Shown here piece after piece: positions 1-11,666 of a stretch of DNA of 64,000 nt (its first letter is position 1; every line of letters starts with the position of its first letter). Both the position numbers and the translations under genes were made by a program. The notes below the pieces were generated by a model. It saw only the letters and a program-made list of their open reading frames with translations, was not told the origin of the DNA and ran no database searches. The stretch is from an uncultured Chloroflexia bacterium (lineage in GTDB: Bacteria > Chloroflexota > Anaerolineae > CG2-30-64-16): positions 96,001 to 160,000 of the forward strand of contig CAVZDU010000003.1 in the NCBI GenBank assembly GCA_963774265.1, given 5' to 3'.

Positions 1-68
1 GTGTTGCAAGCGGCCAGGGCCAGGCCCAGCACGATCACGCAGAGGGACAGCAGGATTCTAGGTTTCAT
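1..68 (-). CDS. 5' end of a lipoprotein gene running off the window, directly downstream of actE
   Basis: ATG at 68 preceded by AGAGGAG; reads MKPRILLSLCVIVLGLALAACN, a signal peptide with LAAC lipobox. Confidence 0.7.
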   Translation of the reverse strand, partial: MKPRILLSLCVIVLGLALAACN

Positions 69-94
69 AGTGGCTCCTCTTCGATCAGCCAGGA

Positions 95-616
95 TCACTG
101 GCTCAATGTCCGTACGTAATTCACAACGTCCCAACGTTCCCGCACATTCAGGTTTTCCCGCAGGGGAGGCATCGTGCCGAAACCTTGCGAGATCGTGATG
201 TAGAGCGAGCTGTCGGACATGGTTGTCATGCGCGCCTCGGTCAGGTTCGCGGGCCGGCCCATCTCGGCTTTCCAGAACTCCGTGATCTTCCCGTCGCCCA
301 AGCCACCCACGCCATGACACAACGTGCAGTTGCGCTCGAACAGGATACGGCCTCGCTCCAGGGATACTGGATCCGCAGGCACCGGATTCTGCAGTAGTCC
401 GCCCTTAGGCTCGCTCGGTCCATCGAAACGCACCGAGTCGACCGGCGCGGCCTTGCGCGGCCCCTGCTGATACTCGATCGCGATCTGGTCTTCCATGTTG
501 CTGGCCCAGTTGATTTTGATGATGTCATAGGCGAACAGCAGGCCCAGCATCAGCGGCGCCGCCACGATCACGAACGTCATGATGACCCGGCGCAGATAAC
601 CAGAAGGTGGGATCAT
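95..616 (-). CDS. actE: Monoheme cytochrome c, alternative complex III subunit ActE-like
   Basis: CTLCH heme motif, NPVPAD...RG..LF..NC and GFGTMP motifs, N-terminal TM helix, position after actD. Confidence 0.85.
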   Translation of the reverse strand: MIPPSGYLRRVIMTFVIVAAPLMLGLLFAYDIIKINWASNMEDQIAIEYQQGPRKAAPVDSVRFDGPSEPKGGLLQNPVPADPVSLERGRILFERNCTLCHGVGGLGDGKITEFWKAEMGRPANLTEARMTTMSDSSLYITISQGFGTMPPLRENLNVRERWDVVNYVRTLSQ

Positions 617-1140
617 AGCGGCCTCCGCTCCGGTTCGTAGATGCGCTCAGCGCCCTTGTCGGCCATCACCCGGCGCACGTCTTCCTCGTACCGCATGTCT
701 ATGTTCGCCATGATCGCGATACGGCCTTCGTTGATGATCGGGTCGTAGAGCTGCGGCTTGGTGGACGGGAACCCGCACTTCCACACGAAGTTCAGGAACG
801 TGCCCAGGATCAGCCCCAGCATTGTCATCTCGTACAACGGGATGACCGACGTTGGGATCGATGTGAGCGGCCGGCCGCCGACCCGGATTGCGTAGAAAAA
901 CCACTGTGTGCCGTATGTCAGAAAGAAGCCGACGCCGAAGCCGATCAGCGCGCCGAGGATGCTGGCCCACGGGATCCGCTCATGGATGTGAGGCCGGCCC
1001 AACATCTTGGCCGAGTGCGGCACCCCTTGCGAGACCTGGATATCTTCTTCGCGGAGGCCCAGCAGTCGCAGCCCGTCGATCGCGTCGGCCGCTTTGAGCA
1101 CGTCGGTGTAGAGGCCCGTAAGCACTATTCTGCGTGGCAT
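613..1140 (-). CDS. actD: Alternative complex III subunit ActD (DUF3341)
   Basis: Two TM segments, VGGRP...IP..YEMTML motif, position between actC and actE. Confidence 0.85.
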   Translation of the reverse strand: MPRRIVLTGLYTDVLKAADAIDGLRLLGLREEDIQVSQGVPHSAKMLGRPHIHERIPWASILGALIGFGVGFFLTYGTQWFFYAIRVGGRPLTSIPTSVIPLYEMTMLGLILGTFLNFVWKCGFPSTKPQLYDPIINEGRIAIMANIDMRYEEDVRRVMADKGAERIYEPERRPL

Positions 1141-1149
1141 GCTCCCCTC

Positions 1150-2579
1150 CTACTCCAGTTCCGCGACCGAGGTCACGACGGTCTTGCCGATGCGGCGCCG
1201 GGTGTGGCTGAGTTGTCCTTCCAGCACCTCCCACACCGGGATCAGCGGGATCACCCGGCTGGCCAGGACGTACAGCAGACAGAACAAGGCCAGCGTGCCG
1301 ATCACGATGCTGATCTCCGGCAGCCGGGGGTTGTACTCGCCCCAGTCAAACGGCAGTCGCTGTCGTTGCAGGAAGCCAGGGACGATGATGAAGCGTTCCA
1401 GATACATGCCGACTTGAACGCCCATCGCGATCAGGAACAGCGCTGTGGGCGACTGCCGGATCTTCTTGCTCCACAGCGTCACCCAGGGGATCACGATGTT
1501 GAAGAACAGCATCGTGTACCAAAGCGGTGCGATCGGGCCGCGCGCCTGGAAAGTCAGCAATTGGTGCCCCACCCATTCGCCGCCGTACCACTCTATCAGG
1601 TAGTCGTTGAAGAAGAAGTAGGTCCAGGCGAACGAGAAGATCAGCACCAGCTTCGCCAAGGCCTCGAAGTGCTCTTTGCGCAGGAAGTACTGCAGGTTCA
1701 TCGTCTTGCGCACCACCAGGAGCACGGTGATCACCGCGGAGACGCCTGAGAAGATGGCGCCGACCACGAAGTAGGGACCGAAGATGCTGGTGTGCCACCC
1801 CACTTGCTTCGCCATCGCGAAGTCCCACGACACGATCGTGTGCACCGAGAACATGATCGGGATGATCGCGAAGGCGAAGATGTTGATCGTCTTGTGCAGG
1901 TAGTGCCACTCGTACTCCAGCCCACGCCAGCCCAGCGATGCCAGCTTGTACAGCACGTGCCGCCATCCCTTGGTTCGGTCACGCGCCATCGCCAGGTCTG
2001 GGATCATCGGCAGGTACACGTAGATCGTGCTGCTGATCAGGTAGGTCGTGATGGCCAGCAGATCCCACGCCAGCGGCGACTGAAAGTTGGCCCACAGGTA
2101 GCGCTGGTTGGGGATTGGCACCATGAAGTACACGGTCCAGACCCGGCCCAGATGGATGAGCGGGTACAGGAAGCCGGCGACAAGAGAGAACGAAGTCATC
2201 AGCTCCGCGGCACGGGTGATCGGCCGGCGATACTCGGCGTTGAACACCCGCAGGATGGCCGACACGAACGTGCCGCAGTGGCTGATGCCGATCCAGAACA
2301 CGAAGGTGGCGATGAAGATGCCCCAGCCCACCGGTCGGCGGATGCCGGCGATGCCCATGCCCCAGCGCATCATGTAGATCCAGTAGCCGACCAGCCCGAC
2401 GAGCACGACAAGCGCCAGCAAGGCCACGATCAGCCAGTAGCCCGGCCCGGCCTTCATCATCGGCCGCAGCATGATCTGGTTCATCTCTTCCTGCGGGATC
2501 GGGTCCAGCAGGAGCCGCTCTTTGGGGTCATCCTGTGCGGCCAGACGAAATTGCGCAATCTGGAGAGGTCACCCAGCAT
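1150..2579 (-). CDS. actC: NrfD/PsrC-family quinol-binding membrane subunit ActC (probable 1-nt indel near 5' end)
   Basis: WGIFIATFVFWIGISHCGT, RAAE, HLGR, SPLAWD, SVHTIVSWDFA motifs. RBS and ATG at 2579 overlap the actB2 stop but are 1 nt out of frame with ORF 1150-2484. Confidence 0.9.
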
Positions 2580-3285
2580 GGGACTCGCCTCCCTTCAAGT
2601 AGACAACGGACGGGTCAGTGCCCAGGTCCTCCAACACTCGGAAGCCGCGCCGGCTGCGCGCCAGTTCAGCCACCTCGCTGGTCTCATCGCTGCGGTCGCC
2701 GAAGGTAAAGACCTTCGTAGGGCACGCCTGGACGCACGCAGGGACAACGTCGCCGTCGTGGAGCGGCCGGCCCTCGGCGTTGGCGGTGTCCTCGCCGCGC
2801 TTGATGCGCTGGATGCAGAACGTGCACTTCTCCATGACGCCGCGGTAGCGGACCGTCACGTCCGGATTGAGTTGCTGTTCCAGCGGCTCCGGGGTGTAGG
2901 GGTCGAACCAGTTGAACATCCGGACGCTGTAGGGGCAGTTGTTCGCGCAGTAGCGGGTGCCGATGCAGCGATTGTAGACCTGGATGTTCAGGTTCTCTAC
3001 GTCGCTGTGGTACGAGGCGAACACCGGGCAGACCGGCTCGCACGGCGCATGGCCGCACTGCTGGCACATGATGGGGATGAAGCGGGCTTTGATGTCCGGG
3101 TACTCGCCGTCCCAGTAGCGTTCGATGCGGATCCAGTGCCGCGACCGGCCCATGTTGACTTCTTCCGGGCCAACGGTCGGCACGTTGTTCTCGGCGTGAC
3201 AGGCGACCACGCAAGCCTGGCACCCCGTGCAATGGTCCAGGTCGACGACCATGGTCCACTTGTGGCCCGTCGTTGTTTCGCTCAT
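2569..3285 (-). CDS. actB2: Iron-sulfur subunit ActB2 (DmsB/NrfC-type 4Fe-4S dicluster protein)
   Basis: CTGCQACVVAC, CQQCGHAPCEPVCP, CIGTRYCANNCPY, EKCTFC...PACVQACP. Confidence 0.9.
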   Translation of the reverse strand: MSETTTGHKWTMVVDLDHCTGCQACVVACHAENNVPTVGPEEVNMGRSRHWIRIERYWDGEYPDIKARFIPIMCQQCGHAPCEPVCPVFASYHSDVENLNIQVYNRCIGTRYCANNCPYSVRMFNWFDPYTPEPLEQQLNPDVTVRYRGVMEKCTFCIQRIKRGEDTANAEGRPLHDGDVVPACVQACPTKVFTFGDRSDETSEVAELARSRRGFRVLEDLGTDPSVVYLKGGESHAG

Positions 3286-3297
3286 GGCTCGCTCCTC

Positions 3298-5562
3298 CTA
3301 CCCTGGAAATACGCCGGATTCGTTCGCCGCGTCCACGCCCACGTTGTTCTCGATCCGCGGCAGCTTGCGGCTGCGGCCGAGCTTCTCGATGCGTACACGG
3401 GTCGCGCCCCAGGCGAGCTCACCATCTGGCGTGGTGACCGGGGCCAAAATGGCCGCAACGTTTGCGCCGTGGTCCCTGGCGAACCGGCCATATTCGATAT
3501 GGCCCTGCCCCAAGGGGACTGCGACCACGTCGGGCCGGATGGCGGGATAGACATAGGCAATAACTGAGATTTCGCCGTAGGGCGAGATCACCTTCACCAC
3601 GTCATCCATGGCGATGCCCAGGCCCTTGGCTGTTTCCGGGTTGATTTCCACCCACGTTTCCCATGAGGCGGTTGTCATTGGGTCGGGCGCCTCTTGCAGC
3701 CATGAGGATGCCGCCCCACGGCCATCGCCCAACGTCACCGAAGGGTAGGGATATAGCAGCAACGGGTACTGCTCAGGGTTGCCGTCGTAAGTCGCCGGGG
3801 TGATCGTCAGCGTCGCGGGCAGCGCAGGGGCGGTATTCGGGAAGATTGGCGCCTCGGCATTTGGCCACCAGCCGCCAAGCTGCCGCCAGCCCGCCCAAAT
3901 TGTATCTCCGTTGGCCGTGTCGAACGCGGCGTCTTGTCCGCCTAGCTTCGCCACGGCAGCCTTGAGAAATTCGACGTTGTTGGGCCAGGGTAGGGCCGTC
4001 GCGGCCGCGCCCCCGACCGCCTGAGCAACGGCCAGGATTACGTCCGCGGTTGCGCGCGTGTCGTACAAGGGCGTCACGACGGGCTGCTGAGCCGAAAGCA
4101 TGGGCCGGTCGGTCGCCGGTGCGACGAACTGGTAGCCCCAACCCTCCAGGAAGTGATGATCCGGAAGGACCATATTGGCCAGGAGGGCCGTCTCATCGAC
4201 CTCCGAGCTGAAGGAGACCACGAACGGCACCTTGGCGGCTGCCTCGACGAAATTGCTGTTGAGAGGCAGATCGAAACGTGGATTGCCGTGCACCATAAGG
4301 ACGTCGACTTCGCCGCCCTGCATGCGGTCGATCAGCGCCTGGACATCCGAGTAGGCCGCCGCGCTCGTGCCGCCCAGCAGCGGATCCACGGCCGGCGGTG
4401 TCAGGGTGAACGCACTGCCCGCCTCTCCCAGGTGCCCGGCCAGCGCGTTGAGCGCCAGGATGGCGGTTACGGCCTGCGGGCCGTTGCTCTGCGCCGCGAC
4501 GCTGCCGCCGGGGATGGCGGTGGGGCGGACGACGCTGCCGAATGTCCGGGCCAGTTTGACGAGACGATCTTCCGAGACGCCGCTAAGCGAAGCCGCGGCC
4601 GCGACGTCCACGCCGGCAAAGACGCCGGCGACCGGGCTGGTCGCTGCAGCACCGAGCCCTTCATCGACCATAATGCGGCCGATGGCCAGCGCCACCTGGC
4701 CTTCCGTGCCGGGCAGGATGGGGATCCATTCGTCGGCCACTGCGCCCGATGCAGACATGCGCGGCTCGAACTGTACGAGGTAGCCGCGCTTGCCCAGCCG
4801 GCCTCCGCGCATCTCGCCGAAGGAGCGGCTGGCTGCAACCATCGACAGCCCACCGTCGACCAGGGGGCCACCGAAGGAGAAGACTACATCGCTCGTAGAG
4901 AGGTGGAAGAAGGGCAGCGCCGTCTCCGTCCCGAAGTACTGGCCTACCAATCGTGAGAGCGTGCCGCGGCCGGCATATGCGCCCTCGTTGTCGTAAAAGA
5001 CGGGAGGGGGTGCGCCGAGGGCCTGGAGGAACGGCGTCACGATCGCGGCCAGTCCGTCATTGATGTGACTGCCATAGAATGCGACTGCGCCGGGCCGGGC
5101 AGAGGTGATGCGAGTGGAAAGCTCGCGAATCGCATCCTCCCACTGGATGGCCGTCGCTTTCAGCCCGTAGCGCTGACCGAACGGATCGATTGAGCCGCCG
5201 CCCGAGCCGCGCGCCTCATTTCGCACCGCATTGCGCAGCCGGTCCGGGTTGTAGAGGTACTGCAGGCCAGCCTGTCCGCGGGCGCACGTCTTGCCGGCAT
5301 TGAGCGGATGCAGCGGGTTCCCCTCGATTTTCTTCGCGCGACCGTTGCTGACCCGCACGAGGATGCCACAACCGGCGGAGCACATCCGACATGTCGTCGC
5401 ATACCAGATGTTCTCACCGGGCAGCGCCTCCTCGGGCGGAATGACATAAGGCTCGATCGTCTCGCTGCGCTGCAGGTTGATCGTGCAGCCGCTCACCGCC
5501 ACCGCCGTACCGGTCAACGCGCCAAGCTGGATGAATTGTCTCCGGGTGATCTCTTTGATCAT
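3298..5562 (-). CDS. actB1: Molybdopterin-oxidoreductase-fold subunit ActB1, Tat-exported, possible lipoprotein
   Basis: MIKEITRRQFIQLG Tat motif followed by VSGC; CRMCSAGC...KIEGNPLHPLN.G.TCARGQ; C-terminal EINP..A..LGI binding domain. Confidence 0.85.
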   Translation of the reverse strand: MIKEITRRQFIQLGALTGTAVAVSGCTINLQRSETIEPYVIPPEEALPGENIWYATTCRMCSAGCGILVRVSNGRAKKIEGNPLHPLNAGKTCARGQAGLQYLYNPDRLRNAVRNEARGSGGGSIDPFGQRYGLKATAIQWEDAIRELSTRITSARPGAVAFYGSHINDGLAAIVTPFLQALGAPPPVFYDNEGAYAGRGTLSRLVGQYFGTETALPFFHLSTSDVVFSFGGPLVDGGLSMVAASRSFGEMRGGRLGKRGYLVQFEPRMSASGAVADEWIPILPGTEGQVALAIGRIMVDEGLGAAATSPVAGVFAGVDVAAAASLSGVSEDRLVKLARTFGSVVRPTAIPGGSVAAQSNGPQAVTAILALNALAGHLGEAGSAFTLTPPAVDPLLGGTSAAAYSDVQALIDRMQGGEVDVLMVHGNPRFDLPLNSNFVEAAAKVPFVVSFSSEVDETALLANMVLPDHHFLEGWGYQFVAPATDRPMLSAQQPVVTPLYDTRATADVILAVAQAVGGAAATALPWPNNVEFLKAAVAKLGGQDAAFDTANGDTIWAGWRQLGGWWPNAEAPIFPNTAPALPATLTITPATYDGNPEQYPLLLYPYPSVTLGDGRGAASSWLQEAPDPMTTASWETWVEINPETAKGLGIAMDDVVKVISPYGEISVIAYVYPAIRPDVVAVPLGQGHIEYGRFARDHGANVAAILAPVTTPDGELAWGATRVRIEKLGRSRKLPRIENNVGVDAANESGVFPG

Positions 5563-5573
5563 AGCGTTACCCT

Positions 5574-6125
5574 TTAGTAGTGGCACGTGGCACAGTCGAC
5601 CAGCCGGGTCGAGATTTCCGCTGGCTGTTGTCGGTGGCAGCCAAGGCACCAGCCCATGTTGTGGTTATAGCTCGTGGCGTAGTCCATTTGTGATACGTTG
5701 CCATGACACGTCTCGCACGCCACTGCAGCAGCCACATGAGGGCGGTGCCTGAACTGCACGAAGTCGGGTTGGTCGTTCACCTTAACCCATTCGATAGGGC
5801 GCTTCTCATCCCAGTACTTGATGAGCTGATCGATATCCTTTTGGTCGGCCGGATCCTTGGGATTGACGTTCAGGTGGCAGCCCATGCATTTGTTGAGCGA
5901 GGGCAGACCGGCGACCGCGCCTCGAGCAGCTCCCGCATGACAGTAGAGGCAGGTGGCCCCTGCTGCGATGTGCTGCCTGTGCCGATAGACGAGCGGTTGC
6001 TCTGGCGCCGCGTAGACCTTCGAGAGGAAGAACACGCCGCCGACCACAACCACTCCCAGGAGCACCAGGGCGGCGGCAAGGGCGATGGCCACGCGCGGAT
6101 GCTGCCGGATCAGTGATAAGATCAT
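5574..6125 (-). CDS. actA: Pentaheme cytochrome c ActA
   Basis: N-terminal TM helix and five CxxCH motifs (CLYCH, CMGCH, CETCH, CLGCH, CATCH), ends CATCHY; GGAG RBS before ATG 6125. Confidence 0.9.
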   Translation of the reverse strand: MILSLIRQHPRVAIALAAALVLLGVVVVGGVFFLSKVYAAPEQPLVYRHRQHIAAGATCLYCHAGAARGAVAGLPSLNKCMGCHLNVNPKDPADQKDIDQLIKYWDEKRPIEWVKVNDQPDFVQFRHRPHVAAAVACETCHGNVSQMDYATSYNHNMGWCLGCHRQQPAEISTRLVDCATCHY

Positions 6126-6300
6126 ATGCACGCTCCAGTCTGTGCCGACGAGACACAGTGCATGATTAAAACCTTACAAGTACAGAGCAAAGCTAAGGGA
6201 GCAGGGTATGGGATACTACTCTCTCCTTTCGCTATGAGGCGTGCTCGATCTAGCACCTCGAGCCGGGACAGCCTCGTGAACGTTGAGGAAACGCAAGCCG

Positions 6301-6328
6301 ATTATACATGACTCTTCAACTAAGCAAA
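6301..6328 (-). promoter_or_regulatory. Candidate sigma70 promoter for the act operon
   Basis: TATAAT at 6306-6301 with TTGCTT 15 nt upstream (short spacer), in an AT-rich intergenic region. Confidence 0.35.
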
Positions 6329-6372
6329 AACGCCCGCGGCGCGGCAGGCCCCCAACTAGTGATGTGGTCGTG

Positions 6373-6955
6373 CTATTTTTGTGCTGCTGCGCGCTCACCC
6401 GAGCGCACATACCACATCGCGCCGAACACGACCAGGATCGCCAGGAACGGGATGCCCACCAGGATCACGGTCGTGAAACTTCGCTTCGGTGTCACCCGTT
6501 GGACGAATGTTACCTCGCTCACCCCCGCCGCGCCGGTCACCCGCACGACACCGTCCCAGGTCCCTTCCTGCGCCAGGGGGATGTGCGCGGCATAGTCGAT
6601 CTCGTTGCCCGCATCCGCGTGCGTCGCGCTCTGCTTGACCGACTGGCCGGTCTGGGTGAGTGCCAGCTCCACCTCGACCTGCCGCGTCGCGCACCTTGGC
6701 GCCTGTCTGCACGTCGCTCACGCGCACCACGAAGGTGATCGGGCCGACCACCGCGGGATTGGGCGCGGATGTGACGAGCAAGCGGTAGTCGCCGATTACT
6801 TCGTCGCCGACGATGATGCGCGTGCCGCCGCCCGGGCCAAGATTCTCCGCCGCCGCGGCGCGGGCTCCCAGGATGATCAGGAGCAGCACCAGGAGCCCCG
6901 CTACGATCCAGCGCCAGGGAGCACCTGCAATTTCGCGCGGGCTTTTCGGCATCAT
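6373..6955 (-). CDS. Membrane-anchored YtkA/FixH-like Ig-fold protein (frameshift near 6690)
   Basis: ORF 6395-6955 gives the signal/TM and beta-rich N-half; ORF 6373-6672 continues with GTWDGVVRV and a C-terminal TM. Confidence 0.6.
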
Positions 6956-6959
6956 GCGG

Positions 6960-8522
6960 CTATCCTCCTGTGACCATCATCATCGTGCCGCGCATTTCCA
7001 TCGGCTGCACGAGGATCCAGAGCCCGAACCCCAGCAACAACAGCGTCAGTAGTAGCCACGGTCCCGCAGCCGCCAAAGCCGCGTTCGGCCCCCTGCGCGT
7101 CCCGGTTTGACGGCGGGTATCGGCCAGGTGGCTCTGCGCAATGCGAACGGCCACCACGATGGACCCCGTCGCGCCCAGGTAAAGCAGCGCGGCTTCGATG
7201 GGAAAAAGCCAGCCTTGCGGCACGAGCGGCCCCAGGTCCCAGCGCGCCTGGCCGCCGTACAGGCCGACATCGGCCAGGAACGACTGGATCACGGGCACGA
7301 TCGTCAGCGCGCCGGTGAGGAAGTGAAACGCATAATGCGCGAGCCACATGCCGAAGCCCATCGGGGCAAGCGCCCAGACGTACCGCCGCGCGATCTCAAG
7401 GAGGGAGGCCGACGGGGCGGACTGGATGCGGGTCAGCGCGGACGCTGCGCCAAGCAGGACGACGGGCAGAACCAGCAGGCCGATGGCGAAAATGAGCAGC
7501 AGCCCGGGGGTGGGTGATGCGGTGCGAAGCAGCCGCGCGAGACCCTCCTGGAGCGCGTAGACGGGCCGGATCATCGCGAACGCGTTGAGGTATGCGCCGA
7601 AGGTCAGGACGGTGACAAGCGCTGCGAGATCGGTCCGCTGCGAGAAGCGGCCGATGCCCGAGCGCCAGGGGTCGCTCCAAAGCTCCGCCGTGGGGATTCG
7701 TGCGATCAAGCCGATGTTGTCATAAGGGCAGGCATGGACGCAGTCGAGGCAGAAGGTGCAGTCCATGTTGCCGACCTTGCGCTCCTGGAAGAGGGCAAGC
7801 TCGCAGCCGCGGCCATCCCGCCCTCTCTTCGTTTGTAGAGACGTTGCATGCAACGTCTCTACACGTATAGGCGCATGCAATGCCTCCGCTCGTGCTGGGC
7901 CGGGTCTTACCGTGATGCAGTCCTTCGTGCGACAGCTCGCGCACGTGCTCGCATCCCGGACCTTGATCTCAAGCGGTGAAGCCAGTGAGCCGAAGAAGTT
8001 GAACTGGCCCAGCGGGCAAATGTGCTTGCAGAATGCCGCGCCTTGGAAAACCGTGTCGACGAGGAGGGCGCCCGCGAAGTACGCGAGCGCGACCCAGGCC
8101 GTCCACCAGGGCGTCGCCCACAGGTCGTATCGCTCGTACACGAAGAAGAACAGGACCACCAGCGTGACGGCGCTCCACTTGTTTCGCAGGGCACGCGGGA
8201 CCGGGCGGCCGCCGCGGAGCAGATGCTCGCGCACCCACCGTCCGGCTCGCCGCGGCAGCATGAACGGGCAGGCCATACAAAAGAGGTTGCCCGCCAGGAG
8301 CAGCGCCAGGACGACAAAGCCGCGGTAGTGCAGCCAGACGCCGACGGTTGCCAGGTTCTTGGGCGCGAGTTGCGGGCCCACCATGCCGTCAAAGATGATC
8401 CACGCTGAGAACAGCCCCAGTGGAATCTGCATGGCGAGCCGGCTGTGCCGCCACTTAAGAAACGGGCCAATAGCCGGCCAGGTGAGAATATCGATGGATC
8501 GGCGGACTGTCGTCGAAACCAT
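6960..8522 (-). CDS. FixG/NapH-like membrane polyferredoxin (4Fe-4S binding)
   Basis: FCMACP, FCKHICP, CASC..KDC, CTFCLDCVHACP and many TM helices; ATG 8522 with AGGTG RBS. Confidence 0.8.
   Translation of the reverse strand: MVSTTVRRSIDILTWPAIGPFLKWRHSRLAMQIPLGLFSAWIIFDGMVGPQLAPKNLATVGVWLHYRGFVVLALLLAGNLFCMACPFMLPRRAGRWVREHLLRGGRPVPRALRNKWSAVTLVVLFFFVYERYDLWATPWWTAWVALAYFAGALLVDTVFQGAAFCKHICPLGQFNFFGSLASPLEIKVRDASTCASCRTKDCITVRPGPARAEALHAPIRVETLHATSLQTKRGRDGRGCELALFQERKVGNMDCTFCLDCVHACPYDNIGLIARIPTAELWSDPWRSGIGRFSQRTDLAALVTVLTFGAYLNAFAMIRPVYALQEGLARLLRTASPTPGLLLIFAIGLLVLPVVLLGAASALTRIQSAPSASLLEIARRYVWALAPMGFGMWLAHYAFHFLTGALTIVPVIQSFLADVGLYGGQARWDLGPLVPQGWLFPIEAALLYLGATGSIVVAVRIAQSHLADTRRQTGTRRGPNAALAAAGPWLLLTLLLLGFGLWILVQPMEMRGTMMMVTGG
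7834..7863. repeat. Perfect 30-bp palindrome (GTAG-type REP-like) inside the FixG-like gene, with a degenerate second copy at 7865-7889
   Basis: TGTAGAGACGTTGCATGCAACGTCTCTACA equals its own reverse complement; encodes VETLHATSL. Confidence 0.9.
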
Positions 8523-8534
8523 GAAAGTGCACCT

Positions 8535-8598
8535 AACCACAAAAGCGCGAAAAGACGAAGCTATACGATGTTCGGTGAGGCCTGGTGTCTTGGTGGTT
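8535..8598. repeat. Inverted pair of CAC/AAG-type short repeats, intergenic
   Basis: AACCACAAAAGCGCGAAAAGACGAAG (8535-8560) faces AACCACCAAGACACCAGGCCTCACCGAA on the minus strand (8571-8598). Confidence 0.7.
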
Positions 8599-8603
8599 CC
8601 TGT

Positions 8604-9068
8604 CTACTTCACATCCACCGGGAAGCGGCGCGCGATGGTCTGGCCGCCAGCCGTGATGATCTTCACATCCACGTACCAGGCGCCGCCCATGGTCCATTTC
8701 AGCGGCAGGCGGTACATACCGGCCTGGCTGCCTGACGCCTCCGCGTTCACGGGGACCATCCCCGCGTGGTTCATATTCGCCTCGATGGAGAGACGCGCTC
8801 CGTCGACAGGTTGGCCCGCCTTATCCTTCACGGTGATGATGACGGTTCCGTCGCCGGTCAGGGGTTGGGCGGGCTCGGTGGCAAAGGTCACCTGGTAGTC
8901 ATCCTGCGTCTGAGGCGAAGCGGATTGGCTTCGCCCACATCCGCCGAGCAGAACCAGTCCCACGATAGCCATGCCGGCCAAGAAGAACGCCCTGCGCGAC
9001 CGGTCGCGCAGGGAGTTGTGAGAAAACCGGGTCACTGCGCCTGGGGCATCCTTGCGTTCCCAGAACAT
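8604..9068 (-). CDS. YtkA/FixH-like lipoprotein, possible copper chaperone for the oxidase
   Basis: SRRAFFL (Tat-like) and LGGC lipobox; NMNHAGM Met/His motif; MGGAWYVDV; GAGGTG RBS. Confidence 0.75.
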   Translation of the reverse strand: MFWERKDAPGAVTRFSHNSLRDRSRRAFFLAGMAIVGLVLLGGCGRSQSASPQTQDDYQVTFATEPAQPLTGDGTVIITVKDKAGQPVDGARLSIEANMNHAGMVPVNAEASGSQAGMYRLPLKWTMGGAWYVDVKIITAGGQTIARRFPVDVK

Positions 9069-9085
9069 GCCGCACCTCGCTGATT

Positions 9086-9412
9086 TTAGCCGATGCGCAA
9101 GACGAACAGCATCGGGATCACCAACACGAACGGAATGAAGAAGATAAAGGCGAACCACTTGCTGTCGTAGCGCAAGTGCATGAAGTACATGATCACCAAC
9201 AGCGCCTTGAAGACGGACAGCGACAGTAACACCGGCGCCTGCGGGATCTGGGGGACGTGGGTGATCCCCACCTCAACCGCGGTCAGCACCGCCAGCGAGA
9301 AGAACACCAGCAAATAGTTCGGATGGCTCTTGTGGAGCTTATCCGTCGGGACATTGACCGGATGAGTCGTGACGGGGTCGTTCTCAGTCATTGGTTGATG
9401 CTCGCTCATCAT
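9086..9412 (-). CDS. ctaF: Cytochrome c oxidase subunit IV (caa3-type)
   Basis: YLLVFFSLAVLTAVEV and KALLVIMYFMHLRYD motifs, 3 TM. Confidence 0.85.
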   Translation of the reverse strand: MMSEHQPMTENDPVTTHPVNVPTDKLHKSHPNYLLVFFSLAVLTAVEVGITHVPQIPQAPVLLSLSVFKALLVIMYFMHLRYDSKWFAFIFFIPFVLVIPMLFVLRIG

Positions 9413-9419
9413 GTTCGCC

Positions 9420-10009
9420 TCAAATCAGGTAGATGATCGTGAACAGGATGATCCACACGACGTCCACGAAGTGCCAATACAGACCGAAGATCTCGATCCG
9501 CATGTAGTTCGTCGACGAGAACCGCTCCTGCAGCGCCTCCCGCAGCAGCCCCGCGCACCACATCAGGCCGATGAAGACGTGCAGGCCGTGGAAGCCGGTC
9601 ACGGTGTAGAAGCCGCCGCCGAACAGGCTGCCCGAGGGCGTCAGGCCTTCGTGGATTAGCTGCGTGTACTCGAAAACCTGGACGCCCAGGAAGGTCGCGC
9701 CGAGGGCCAGCGTCGCCGCGAGATACAGCTTCAGCTTGCGTCCGGTCGCCGTTCCTGATGGCCTGCCAGGGCCAGCACGACGGTGGTGCTGCTGAAACGA
9801 TCAGGATGAACGTGTTGACGGCGGTGATGGGCACGTTCAGCACGTGGTTCGCGTCAGCCGGGCTGCGTCGCCTTCATCTGCAGGAATGCGCCGATCAGCG
9901 ACGAGAAGAGCATCACCTCGGTGGCCAGGAAGATCCACATGCCCAGCTTGCGGTTGTCGAGACCGGTGCTGGAGTTGGTGGGATCGGCGTGTTCGCTGAT
10001 CTGCTTCGC

Positions 10010-10013
<4 letters not shown>
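9420..10013 (-). CDS. ctaE: Cytochrome c oxidase subunit III (several indels)
   Basis: Fragments in different frames: LGMWIFLATEVMLFSSL, NTFILI, TGFHGLHV, GLYWHFVDVVW. Confidence 0.85.
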
Positions 10014-11654
<1,641 letters not shown>

Positions 11655-11666
11655 CGTCGCATCACC

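Noticed and set aside
3298-5562. Stand-alone catalytic molybdoenzyme such as nitrate or polysulfide reductase
   Set aside because: Flanking pentaheme ActA, ActD and ActE identify the cluster as ACIII; no substrate-specific evidence.
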